A stretch of 64,000 bases of DNA, taken from Macrostomum lignano. Its lineage: Eukaryota. The stretch lies in assembly GCA_002269645.1 (NCBI GenBank), contig NIVC01000955.1, positions 248,001 to 312,000 on the forward strand, read 5' to 3'. The notes beneath the pieces are model-generated. The model did no database searches. It was given only the letters and a program-made list of their open reading frames with translations, and had not been told where the DNA came from. Shown in pieces: positions 25,409-38,150 of the stretch (positions within the stretch are counted from its first letter, which is position 1; each line of letters begins with the position of its first letter). A program made the translations under genes and the position numbers.

Positions 25409-28400
25409 GTCGCCCAACCGTAGTGGAAATTGGCATCTACGTGAACACGTTTGACTCTGTGAACGTCGAATCTATGGTAAATTGGTTGCTAATTTATGCT
25501 CATTTTGGTTTTAATACTTTAGCTTACCATCAACACCCTTGGATTGGTGAACCATACCTCACTAACCCTTAGCTTGGTGAGCCATACCTCACTCACTCTT
25601 AGCTTGGTGAGCCATGCCTCACACCCTGATGACTGTTCACTGTTTCACCTCGCACCATAAGTTCGGTCTTAGCTGAATAGCCCAGACAGAAGTTTAAACT
25701 GATGATGCGAGATTGAAGCAAATCAACTAAGCCCCTGGATGCAACTCCAACTGCAATGTACTGTGTAGGAAAAAGAGCAGATTCTGTACGACACTTACGG
25801 CGGACTGGACTGCCTGTCGTTTACAAATCAAACATGCAGTCCACCGACTGAGCAGGTATCAAAATTCGATACTTTTCTTCTAAATGAACAATGTGCTGAC
25901 AGTTTAAGTTGAGAAGTAAACTGAGCACTAATGCAACAAAAAGCTAGAACCCAGCGGCACGAATCGGCACGAATAACATTCCTTGGTTGGAATAAGTCTA
26001 CAAGCTATAACGCACATGAGCTGCACCGCACCAATCAGCAATGGTTATTAGCCAATTTAAAGTCTATAGGCATACCAAATGCATAGGCATACCAGTAGCG
26101 ATAAAATAGACATTGTTGCTAGTTTAGGTTTAACCTGCCACTGGTGGTTGGCAGCGGTGAGATCAAATCGACTGAGCATTGCCGACAAACCTCAGCTATA
26201 TTGAAGCTGATTGTAGGCTCTTGATGAAATAATTTCTTGTTAACTCAAGCGGAATGAGAAATACTAGGGACGCTATTGGAAAGTAGAGAGAGGGGGGAAG
26301 ACCCCCGATTCACCGACGCGCTGCACCTTCCTGAAGCCTACTCGAGACCAGCCATGCATAGATCCGCCAATCCTGGCCGATCGAGTAGAAGATGAACAGA
26401 GGAGAGGATTACTGCGACTGCTGCAGACCATACGCTCATGCCTCATCCAATATTCTATATAAGAACCTCTCAAAGGTTCTAGCTTTCCCGAGTGGAGCAT
26501 GAGACCCGTAAGCCGGTCGGACGAGAAGGCAAATCTGTCCGGTTTGCACAGTTTCTCAATCGAGTAAGAAGCCATGAAAAATCGAGATCTGGGAGTTGTT
26601 TTGTCGCTGCTGAATTTCTCTTTGTAGGCTTAGGTTGCAGCATGTGCACAGAGAGGAGTTGAATTCCGGTCGGTCGATCGATTGAGTGCGAGAGGATAAA
26701 GAAGACTGAGAAGTGAATGCGAACCCGATGGAAGGAAATTAAAGATGGCAAAAGAGTTTTACTTTACTTATAGAGAGAATTTTTGAAAGGAGATAAGCGC
26801 TACTTTTCAAGCAAAAAAACGTTCTAACTAGGAAGTAGGGGCCTAATTTGCATTTTTATAATCTTAGGGCATTAGAGGAGCGCTAATTATTAGCTAATGG
26901 GGAAACTATATTAGTTAGGCATGCAGCTTGATGAATGAGCCATTGGTATTTTGAAGAAAATTTAAACAAAATGCTAGCATGGGGTGTTTTCTACGATTTT
27001 AAGGCATTTTATTTGCATATAGTTGATTAATAACTTTGCCGCACTCACAGTTTCGGTTAACACTTGGACAATGCATTATCAGTACGTAAACGCGGCTGCA
27101 TCTCATATTGCATTGAATTTATTGTTTTGGACCATAAAATAACAAATAGTTAGCATTAGTACGCCAAGTTCAGGTGCAGGTCACGGGATCCAATAAAGTT
27201 ATTCTCCCAAGTGCAATTATTCTCCAGATAACTCTCTGGACCGCGGGAAAAATCATTCTAAGTAAAATAAAATGACACCAAATTCTTAATCACCAACCCC
27301 TGCCGATCGATGCATCCAGGACTACAGCATTCAGATCTTTCTGCGGCTGTCTTGGCACGACAGTCGTTTAGCGTTCAACGCCAGTGCCATCGGCAGCGGA
27401 GGCGGCTGCAGAGGCCAGAAGCAAAAGCAGCAGGAACACCAACAACAACAACCAACGGTCAACGAATCCATCGGTCTGACCGTTGATCCGCGTCTTATCG
27501 ACGAAATCTGGCTGCCAGATATAATCTTTGTGAACGAGAAGCAGGCTAAATATCACGACATTACGATACCGAACAAGCTGCTCAGAGTCAAGCCGAACGG
27601 TGATGTTTACTACTCTACCAGGTGGGTTCCCGCGTGATGCCTGCAGTTTTAACCATTTGACTGTTTATTGGCGATGTTTTAAGGATTTTAAATAACCTAA
27701 ATTAGTAATATAATGATTTTAATTAGAGGCAGGTGGATGTGTGCACCCTGGCGCACTTTAAGCGACATTGTCAACACAAATGGGCATTACTACCCATTCT
27801 GCCCACTCCCCTGAGCAGGCACACAAGCGCGCGGATACGTACGCAGTCATACGCACGGGCACACACTCACAAAGCAGTGTACAGCGGCCCTAAATTTATT
27901 TATCGTTGGGCATGTACACTTCACTGTGCCTTGGGGGTTGGGCCTCAAGGGCGTCAATTCTACGAGCAGACTCAAGCTGTTACAGTTTAAACGTTCCATC
28001 AGCTTAGTGGTTTCCTGGACGGCAGACCCACGACCCCTGATTCGATTCTGTGCGATTCTGGGGTTGGTGTGCACGAGAATTGGCTGGGGGGGGGCTGTCG
28101 TGCGGTTCACAGCCATGAGGGCCAACCCCCAAGGCACAGATAGTGTACATGCCTGCCAATTAGAAAGTCAGGGCCTCTGTACACCCTACGTGAGCGTGTG
28201 TATGAGTTCGTGCCTGCGTACAGTATTGGCGCGCTTGTAGTGCTGAGGAGTGAGCGGAATGGGCAGAATTGTGTTGAAACGATGTGGTCAAAAGCGTTGC
28301 ATGAGGGTGTCCTTGTTTTATATAACATGGCAAACACAGTCGCGTACATTATTTACATGGAGTTTTACTGCATTGTGTGGTAATTATGGTAACTACAGTA

Positions 28401-31400
28401 GAATAATAATATGAATATCTACCTTGCTAGTTACTTAGTCACTGCCCAAACGCCACGTCTTTGCAGAATCAGCCTCAGGCTTGGCTGCCACATGGCCCTC
28501 TACCGATTCCCATTGGACACGCAGGTCTGCGAGATCAACATGGAAAGCTGTGAGTTCTAACTGCTGTTTTAGTAAAAGAATTTATTTCTGTTTTCATTTG
28601 GCAGACTTTCCTGTGTTTATAGATCGGTTCACAAAACAGGAGCTGATTCTTCAATGGCGCAAATCTAAACCGTTTGAAGTGAACAAAGACTTTCACCTGC
28701 CGCAGTTTGTGCTTACTAGCTGGAATACATCCAATTGCGACATACAGTACTTGTCGGGTGAGTAACCTTTGGGGTGTCAAACTGTGATGATTTTTAAATT
28801 TGAGGATATAAACTTTGGTGATGTTTAATTTTGAGGATATTCAACTTTGAGTTTGAGGATGTTTAACTTTGAGGATGTTTAACTTTGAGGATGTTTAACT
28901 TTGAGGATATAAACTTTGGTGATGTTTAATTTTGAGGATGTTTAACTTTGAGGATGTTCAACTTTGAGTTTGAGGATGTTTAACTTTGAGGATATAAACT
29001 TTGGTGATGTTTAATTTTGAGGATGTTTAACTTTGAGGATGTTCAACTTTGAGTTTGAGGATGTTTAACTTTGAGGATGTTTAACTTTGAGGATATTTAA
29101 CTTTGAGGATGTTTAACATTGAGGATGTTTAAATTTGAGGATCTAAACTCCAAGACAATGATACTCCATTGTAGTAATTATAGTAAAATCCAGATACAAC
29201 ACTAATTCGCAGAACTAAATGAGACTACTAAGCATTCAAAGCATTGCCGGCCTCTCAGTCTATTGATATCATCTGTAAGCACTTGCAGTCAGCTGACTGA
29301 CGGACATTAAGGAGCTAAAAGGGACAACTGACTGCCAGTTCAATGCATAGTCATACATAGTATTATCGATGTAGGCTAGTTTCTACCATTGCTAGTGAAA
29401 ATGTATACGACCAACTAAAACAAAAGGGAATGCGAGACGGAAAAAGCATTTCCGTAGCAACGGGAGTCGGCTGCGGTTCCAATGTAAATGGAAGCCATCA
29501 ATCTTTGCACTATACAGTGCATCAATACATTGTATTGAACAATGAATACAATAGTTTGCTAGATTTGATCCTTTGATCAGGAATGTGTCGGGACGGACAG
29601 GTACTTTTGCTGTAATTCCTGAGTGCTAGTATGATGTTAAAATGCAGCTGAAATGGCGCCCCTTGGTGCTGGCGCCCCTTGGTGCTGGCGCCCCTTGGTG
29701 CTGGCGCCCCTTGGTGCTGGCGCCCCTTGGTGCTGGCGCCCCTTGGTGCTGGCGCCCCTTGGTGCTGGCGCCCCTTGGTGCTGGCGCCCCTTGGTGCTAA
29801 AGCCCCTTGGTGCTAAAGCCCCTTGGTGCTAAAGCCCCTTGGTGCTAAAGCCCCTTGGTGCTAAAGCCCCTTGGTGCTAAAGCCCCTTGGTGCTAAAGCC
29901 CCTTGGTGCTAAAGCCCCTTGGTGCTAAAGCCCCTTGGTGCTAAAGCCCCTTGGTGCTAAAGCCCCTTGGTGCTAAAGCCCCTTGGTGCTAAAGCCCCTT
30001 GGTGCTAAAGCCCCTTGGTGCTAAAGCCCCTTGGTGCTAAAGCCCCTTGGTGCTAAAGCCCCTTGGTGCTAAAGCCCCTTGGTGCTAAAGCCCCTTGGTG
30101 CTAAAGCCCCTTGGTGCTAAAGCCCCTTGGTGCTAAAGCCCCTTGGTGCTAAAGCCCCTTGGTGCTAAAGCCCCTTGGTGCTAAAGCCCCTTGGTGCTAA
30201 AGCCCCTTGGTGCTAAAGCCCCTTGGTGCTAAAGCCCCTTGGTGCTAAAGCCCCTTGGTGCTAAAGCCCCTTGGTGCTAAAGCCCCTTGGTGCTGGCGCC
30301 CCTTGGTGCTAAAGCCCCTTGGTGCTGGCGCCCCTTGGTGCTAAAGCCCCTTGGTGCTGGCGCCCCTTGGTGCTAAAGCCCCATGGTGCTGGCGCCCCTT
30401 GGTGCTAAAGCCCCTTGGTGCTAAAGCCCCTTGGTGCTAAAGCCCCTTGGTGCTAAAGCCCCTTGGTGCTAAAGCCCCTTGGTGCTGGCGCCCCTTGGTG
30501 CTAAAGCCCCTTGGTGCTAAAGCCCCTTGGTGCTAAAGCCCCTTGGTGCTAAAGCCCCTTGGTGCTGGCGCCCCTTGGTGCTAAAGCCCCTTGGTGCTGG
30601 CGCCCCTTGGTGCTAAAGCCCCTTGGTGCTGGCGCCCCTTGGTGCTAAAGCCCCTTGGTGCTGGCGCCCCTTGGTGCTGGCGCCCCTTGGTGCTAAAGCC
30701 CCTTGGTGCTAAAGCCCCTTGGTGCTAAAGCCCCTTGGTGCTAAAGCCCCTTGGTGCTAAAGCCCCTTGGTGCTAAAGCCCCTTGGTGCTAAAGCCCCTT
30801 GGTGCTGGCGCCCCTTGGTGCTAAAGCCCCTTGGTGCTAAAGCCCCTTGGTGCTAAAGCCCCTTGGTGCTGGCGCCCCTTGGTGCTGGCGCCCCTTGGTG
30901 CTAAAGCCCCTTGGTGCTGGCGCCCCTTGGTGCTAAAGCCCCTTGGTGCTAAAGCCCCTTGGTGCTAAAGCCCCTTGGTGCTAAAGCCCCTTGGTGCTAA
31001 AGCCCCTTGGTGCTAAAGCCCCTTGGTGCTGGCGCCCCTTGGTGCTGGCGCCCCTTGGTGCTAAAGCCCCTTGGTGCTAAAGCCCCTTGGTGCTAAAGCC
31101 CCTTGGTGCTAAAGCCCCTTGGTGCTAAAGCCCCTTGGTGCTAAAGCCCCTTGGTGCTAAAGCCCCTTGGTGCTAAAGCCCCTTGGTGCTAAAGCCCCTT
31201 GGTGCTAAAGCCCCTTGGTGCTAAAGCCCCTTGGTGCTAAAGCCCCTTGGTGCTAAAGCCCCTTGGTGCTAAAGCCCCTTGGTGCTAAAGCCCCTTGGTG
31301 CTAAAGCCCCTTGGTGCTAAAGCCCCTTGGTGCTAAAGCCCCTTGGTGCTAAAGCCCCTTGGTGCTAAAGCCCCTTGGTGCTAAAGCCCCTTGGCGCTAA

Positions 31401-34400
31401 AGCCCCTTGGTGCTAAAGCCCCTAAGTCCCCAAAGAAGCGTCCTAAGTAAGGAATAATTCTGAAAAGTAATACTTGTACTACTGTAGTTCAGTAATCAAT
31501 ACGATCGACAGTGGAGCTTCAAATTAAATTAATGATCTCAACGCACTACTCGTTCTGTTCATGAAACAGTTAAAATTAGTAAATAGTTTACTGGAGTGAG
31601 AGGAGAGCTCGATTCGCACTCTCCTCGATTGACGACAATTTCCTTTCGAGTCAGTCGATCACTGCAAGCCTGACTTTCTAACAGTAAAATTAGCATTTCC
31701 CAGGGTCTTTGCCGAGATCATGTAAATATCCGATAAGCTGGGAGCGAGACACTGAACTGCCCCCCCCCCAGCTGTTTTCCTTGTTGCTGGGGTACGCATA
31801 AGACAAGAGACTCTTGAGAGAAAAGCACCCTTGGGTCTGTTTTCATTTGAGCAATTATTTATGTTTATATAAGTATAAAGTAACACTTTCACTGCAAAAT
31901 AGTTTTTTCGCACTAATATACTACGATATATATTATGTATTAATTAATTAACAACTATGAATCACGCACCCATAGCAAAATCATGCAAAGTTTGGACATT
32001 AACACCCCTACTTTAGGAGCACTGCCCAAAGGTAGGGGACTTTGAGCTCGGTTGAACACTCGGTAGGGGACTCTGAGCTCGATTGAACACTCGGTAGGGG
32101 ACTCTTGTTGGTGCTAAAGCCACCAACAAGATGCTAAAGTGTTCTTGTTTGAACACTCGGTAGGGGACTCTGAGCTCCGTTGAACACTCGGTAGTGAACT
32201 CTTGTTTGAACACTCGGTAGGGGACTCTGAGCATTGTTGAACACTCGGTAGGGGACTCTGAGCTCCGTTGAACACTCGGTAGTGGACTCTTGTTTGAACA
32301 CTCGGTAGGGGACTCTGAGCATTGTTGAACACTCGGTAGGGGACTCTGAGCATTGTTGAACACTCGGTAGGGGACTCTGAGCTCCGTTGAACACTCGGTA
32401 GTGGACTCTGAGCCCGCATGCCCTCGGTATCTTGTAAGGGTTACCTGCTACAGAGAGGTGCAAACTGGAGTGGTGATTCCTGCCGACTCGAAACTGGCTG
32501 TAACGGCCTGGTTGTCAGTGAGTGAGTGATTAAGCTTGCCGACTCAACGCCGGACAATGGCCGGACTGATAGATGCTGGCAAGGGCCAAGGGCAAGAGCC
32601 TTGAAGCCTAGCGGTTCATCAAAGTATTGATATTTGTAGGCAGCGCCTACTATCGTGTGTGTTGGGGGGTTGTTAGCGGCTGCGCCGCGTGGCTCTGCTA
32701 GCTCAACCCTTATGCGTACAATATCAAATGTGCATGGTGCGACTTTAGCCACCATTCTGACTCAGCTCAATAATTCAATAAATATACTGATCGCTATTAT
32801 TCTCGCCTGCAAGCTTTCGGCAACTATCGACTACAACAAGCAGTTTAGCCTCGTTTCACTCACTACAATATTCACTTCTCCGCAATTTTCAGGCGAGTTC
32901 CCCTGTCTGCGGGTGCACTTTGTACTTCGTCGAGTGTTTGCCGTATACCTGATCCAGTACTACGTGCCCAGCACTCTCATTGTCGTGCTGTCCTGGGTGT
33001 CCTTCTGGATCAGCATTGAAGCCGTGCCAGCACGGATATCGTTGGGTCAGTGTGTTAACCTTCCTGTGTAAACTAACTTCTCTGGATTATGAGTCGATGT
33101 TAGAAACGGCACTTTTCAGGCATGACATCAATTATCCATATCTGCAACAAATATTTTTTTAGTTTGAAGTTACGCTCGTACTCTTCTTTGGGTCCCCATA
33201 GAAAAAACTGACTTTATACTAAACCAGATAAAGGTGGAGCATGAAAAATTCAGAAGCCAGCACCGTGTCTAGGATCCGGTTTCCCGTGAACCGGAACTCT
33301 GAAGGGCTTAAGCTAAAATGACAGGTGATGAAGTGGACTAGGAAAGATGTAAGAATAGCGATATAGATTTAGAGTGCATCTGTGAAAGTGTTGCTCTCCG
33401 CAGTGGGGTAGGCAGGAATTCTAACTGGAAGGGATCGCAACCCTAAGGGGCCCCAATATTTGGTCTCTTGTTCGGCGGCTATGTCTTTTTTGGGTGGCCA
33501 TGTCCCTTGGTAGGCGGCCATGTCCCTTGGTAGGCGGCCCTGTCTCTTGTTAGACGGCCCTGTCTCTTGTTAGACGGCCCTGTCTCTTGTTAGGCGGCCC
33601 TGTCTCTTGTTAGGCGGCCCTGTCTCTTGTTAGGCGGCCCTGTCTCTTGTTAGGCGGCCCTGTCTCTTGTTAGGCGGCCCTGTCTCTTGTTAGGCGGCCC
33701 TGTCCCTTGGTAGGCGGCCCTGTCTCTTGTTAGGCGGCCCTGTCTCTTGTTAGGCGGCCTTACCCTGTCTCTTAGCCCGGTGGATTTCACGTCCACGAGG
33801 GGCGAATGTTGAGCTCCTGTTGAGTTTATCTCTTTCATTATGTTTTTGGAGGTGCGCAATTTTTGTGGAGGCGACTGAGGGAGGGGAGGCCGCGGCCCCT
33901 GACTCCCTTGACTACCATTGTTCAAAATCTTGGCCCTGTAGTAACCTTTACCAAATCTATGCTCGAATTCAGGCGTGATGACCGTCCTGTCAATGACCAC
34001 ACAGTCCATGGGCCTGTGGATGACGCTGCCAAAAGCGTCTTACATCAAAGCCATCGACATCTGGATGGGCGTCACAGTGATGTATGTGTTCAGCGCGATG
34101 CTCGAATTCGCCATGGTCAACACCATGGCTAGAAATGAGATCCGGCGTGTCACCAGGCGAATTCGAAAGGCGGCGAAAAGATCGATGAATGGCAACGCGC
34201 AGGAAGGAGACACCCAGGATCCGTTCATGTCGCCTCTGATGGTGAGCGAGTCCGGGCCTGACTTGGAACCTCCTACCCCCGATTCTACAACCTGCTACCC
34301 CCTATTCTACAACCTACTACCCCCCGATTCCACAACCTCCTACCCCCGATTCCACAACCTGCTACTCCCGATTCTACAACCTGCTACCCCCTATTCTACA

Positions 34401-35245
34401 ACCTACTACCCCCGATTCCACAACCTCCTACCCCCGATTCCACAACCTGCTACTCCCCGATTCTACAACCTGCTACCCCCTATTCTACAACCTGCTACCC
34501 CCTATTCCACAGCCTCCTACCCCCGATTTTACAACCTGCTACCCCCCGATTCCACAACCTCCTACCCCCGATTCCACAACCTGCTACTCCCCGATTCTAC
34601 AACCTGCTACCCCCTATTCTACAACCTGCTACCCCCTATTCCACAGCCTCCTACCCCCGATTCTACAACCTGCTACCCCCTATTCTACAACCTGCTACCC
34701 CCTATTCCACAGCCTCCTACCCCCGATTCCACAACCTGCTACTCCCCGATTCTACAACCTGCTACCCCCTATTCTACAACCTACTACCCCCCGATTCCAC
34801 AACCTCCTACCCCCGATTCCACAACCTGCTACCCCCTATTCTACAACCTGCTACCCCCTATTCCACAGCCTCCTACCCCCTATTCTACAACCTGCTACCC
34901 CCTATTCTACAACCTGCTACCCCCTATTCCACAGCCTCCTACCCCCGATTTTACAACCTGCTAACCCCCGATTCCACAACCTGCTACTCCCCGATTCTAC
35001 AACCTGCTACCCCCTATTCTACAACCTGCTACCCCCGATTCTGCAACCAGCTACCCCCCCCCCATTTCCCTCCTATAACGCAGGCCAAGAAGCTGGTCAA
35101 TGAATACACATACGGCGACTGGAAGACCTGGGCCCCGAATTCACGTCAGATCGCGCGAAAAATTGACAAATTCTCTCGCGTTCTGTTCCCGCTTAGTTTC
35201 AGCATTTTCTTCACCGGCTACTGGTGTCACTTCATCTTTTTCTGA
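25409..35245 (+). CDS. Cys-loop ligand-gated chloride channel subunit, glycine receptor/GluCl-like. Exons 25409-25476, 27320-27621, 28467-28549, 28623-28757, 32893-33045, 33973-34241, 35084-35245
   Basis: All junctions are GT-AG and phase-compatible. Motifs: [42 protein letters not shown], Cys-loop [15 protein letters not shown], loop-C pair [13 protein letters not shown]1 [25 protein letters not shown] anion filter and M2 [28 protein letters not shown]4 [14 protein letters not shown]. Exon sizes 68, 83 and 153 bp match the conserved GABA-A/GlyR exon pattern. Confidence 0.96.
27775..27962 (-). mobile_element. SINE copy 2 (5'-truncated), in channel intron
   Basis: Reverse complement is near-identical to 44350-44524 (CCCAACCCCCAAGGCACAGTGAAGTGTACATGCC..ACGATAAATAAA..GGGC). 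Confidence 0.8.
27997..28270 (+). mobile_element. SINE copy 3, head-to-head with copy 2
   Basis: Degenerate A box CAGCTTAGTGGT (28000) and B box GATTCGATTCT (28039), followed by body and core aligning to copy 1. Confidence 0.72.
28795..29130. repeat. 16-bp minisatellite (GATGTTTAACTTTGAG), intronic
   Basis: Direct reading (period 28861 to 28877). Confidence 0.93.
29655..31424 (-). repeat. Satellite B inverted: 16-bp CCCCTTGGTGCT+GGCG or +AAAG, intronic
   Basis: Direct reading. Two unit variants are interspersed. Confidence 0.98.
32030..32415. repeat. About 26/31-bp minisatellite (GAACACTCGGTAGGGGACTCTGAGC...)
   Basis: Direct reading. Confidence 0.9.
33500..33760. repeat. 20-bp minisatellite (GGCGGCCCTGTCTCTTGTTA), intronic
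   Basis: Direct reading. Confidence 0.93.
34272..35058. repeat. About 21-bp C-rich minisatellite (CCCCGATTCTACAACCTGCTA) in the last channel intron
   Basis: Direct reading. Confidence 0.93.
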
Positions 35246-35309
35246 GCCCATTTTCCGCAAAGAGTCAGTGCTCGGATGGGGATTTTTGCTCGAAATCCCA
35301 AATCCAAAC

Positions 35310-35575
35310 TCGTCCCGTCCCGACATGTCCCGAGATTCCATCCCGACTTGTCCCGAGATCCCGTCCCAACTTATCCCGAGATCCCGTCCCAATTTATCCC
35401 GAGATCCCGTCCCAACTTATCCCGAGATCTTATCCCGACTTGTCCCGAGATTCCATCCGGACTTATCCCGAGATCCCATCCCGACTTGTCCCGAGATCCC
35501 GTCCCAACTTATCCCGAGATCCCGTCCCAACTTATCCCGAGATCCCGTCCCAACTTATCCCGAGATCCCATCCGT
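35310..35575. repeat. About 23-bp minisatellite (CCCGAGATCCCGTCCCAACTTAT) just after the channel stop codon
   Basis: Direct reading. Confidence 0.9.
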
Positions 35576-36074
35576 CCCTGCGCCAGAAAGTCTGTCCCGT
35601 CCGAGCTTTATACAGAACCCACTCGTGCAGCTTCTGTTATAGATAATTGCAGTGTTATAAATCAGAATTGCTTTGAGCAATATTTATATCGTACTCATAT
35701 TTATTAAAACATAAATTTTTATGAGCTGGTGTGAATAAAACCTGCGACGCGAGATTTATGTGGCCACAATGTGAACTTTTCATGCACTTTTTGCTTTGCG
35801 CTGCTAAGCCGGTGAAAAAATGACCTGAATATAAAACTGGGAAAGATGGTTTGACTTAAAAAAAGTTTTTTGAAATTCGAAAATTTCTTCGAACAAATGA
35901 CATGCTTAGCAGCGCAAACCAAGCAAAATATCATACTCGTATTTCTTAATTTTCCCAATTATGTTCGCTACAGCATAAGATCTTATATTGTTTTTTATAC
36001 TCATAGTGACAGAAGAAAGATCAGATAGCAGTTTTTTTGTTTCTTAGATATGGTTTGAATTACCATTTGAAAAA

Positions 36075-36385
36075 CCTCCCCCTCACGCCTCACCCAAAAA
36101 AACAACCTCACGCCTTACCTCCAAAGCATCCACCTCACGCCTTACCCCTAAAAACACCCACCTCACGCCTGGCCCCCCAAACACCCACCTCACCCCTTAC
36201 CCCCAAACACCCACCCCACGCCTTACATCGCCAAAACACCCACCTCAAGCCTTACCCCCAAAGCACCCACCTTACGCCTGGCTCCCAAAACACTCACCTC
36301 AAGCCCTGCCCCCAAAACAACTACCCCACGCCTTACCGCCAAAACACCCACCTCACATCTAGCTCTCAAAAACACCCTCACGCTC
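36075..36385. repeat. About 26-bp minisatellite (CACCCACCTCACGCCTTGCCCCCAAAA); second array of the same family at 38860-39230
   Basis: Direct reading. Confidence 0.85.
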
Positions 36386-37074
36386 TGCATATCCTCCTGC
36401 ACACTTCCTCACTGCCTCCAAGATTTTATCTCTGATTCAAGTTGAGTCCAACGAGAATTAACTTTTCATTTTAATTACAAAATGACAGATCATTTTAATT
36501 ACATGGAAGCTTCAAAACATTTTGCCACAAAAAGTACTTAGATATTGAATGTACGCTTCGTATTTTTTGGTACAAACAGAACAGAAAATTTTCTGTGATT
36601 TTTGTGTAAAAGCATTCTCTATTCTAAACAAACAGAATAAAAGACAGTTGTCACGCAGTTGCTTGAACTATGAATATTCAGTTGGCAAAGTATTGTTTCT
36701 CGCAGTAGTTTATATTTTTGATTTGCTTAACTTAGACAACAATTTTTGGACTAATTGCTACAAGGGTTTTCATACTACTCTTAACTTATATTTAGTTTTC
36801 TTCTTAACTTTAAGTGCTGTAAGGGGTGCTGGTTTGGGCATTATGTCCCAATAGAAAGGAAAAATCTAACAGTCAGACAAACTGGAAACGAAACATCATT
36901 GCTCTACAATCCAATTCTTTGTGAAGCAGAGCGTTCGTGATGCTGATTTTTGTGCAGCAATTTACTGGCTAAATTATTAAAAATATTAACCTAACAAGTT
37001 ATGACAATAGAGCTGTAATTTGACGATAAGGGAAAGCTAAACTATAGATACGACCTTAAAGATTGAGACAAAGA

Positions 37075-37320
37075 GCATAGAGGTGGGTGCCCGCTAGCGA
37101 AACAGAGAGAAGAGAGTGAGGACTGAGAGCGTAGGGTTGGGTAACCACTAGCCAATCACAGAGGAGAATGAGAAAGAGAGAGGAGGGGTGGGTGACCGCT
37201 AGCCAATCAGAGAGAAGAGAGTGAGACAGAGAGAGGAGGGGTGGGTGACCGCCAGCCAATCAGAGAGAAGAGAGTGAGACAGAGAGCGTAGGGGTGGGTG
37301 ACCGCTAGCCAATCAGAGAT
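37075..37320. repeat. About 62-bp degenerate repeat containing GCCAATCAGAGAGAAGAGAGTGAG
   Basis: About four copies seen. Confidence 0.8.
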
Positions 37321-37420
37321 AAGCAATATGCATTAGTGCAATCGTAGATATGCTGGCAATTAGCGAGTGACGATAGTGACAATAGGTTTTCATTTTATAT
37401 CAGGTTCATAAAAAGTCAAA

Positions 37421-37702
37421 TTAGTTGCCATGCTGCTGCTGGTTGAGCTGCAAGTCGAGCACCATGAGACAGGCGAACAGAGTCATCATCATGTTCTTGT
37501 TCACCTGGACTACGTGCTCGGGCAGGGTGAAAATTCTGGCGCCCAGCATGCGGGCGGCGCTGAGGATGTAGCGGGCTCGGTCCAGCGGGTCGACGGCGGC
37601 CTCAGCGGCGGCCCAGTTGATGCGGCGCGGCTTGATGGCGTCCAGCAGGTCGAGGATCACCAAGCCGTCCGCGATACTGGGGTCCTGAGGGGTCAATTAG
37701 TT

Positions 37703-37790
<88 letters not shown>

Positions 37791-37866
37791 CATCCATCCA
37801 TCAATTAATCAATCAATTAATCAATCAATTCATTATTTAATCAATCAATCAATCAATCCATCAATT

Positions 37867-37913
<47 letters not shown>

Positions 37914-37981
37914 TAATTATTTAATTAATCTGTCAATCAACCAATCAATCAACCATTTAATCGATCCATCATTTAATCAAT

Positions 37982-38072
<91 letters not shown>

Positions 38073-38077
38073 GCAAG

Positions 38078-38150
<73 letters not shown>

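Noticed and set aside
26273-26751. 100-aa and 90-aa minus-strand ORFs in a channel intron
   Set aside because: No recognisable domain, splice context or terminal repeats.
32445-32830. Possible solo LTR starting TGTAAGGG with AATAAA near 32777
   Set aside because: No CA end followed by a matching 4-6-bp TSD was found.
34242-34964. Pro-rich extension of the channel M3-M4 loop in ORF 33975-34964
   Set aside because: A GTGAGC donor at 34242 and a phase-matched M4 exon at 35084 show it is intron; the C-rich repeat simply lacks stop codons on this strand.
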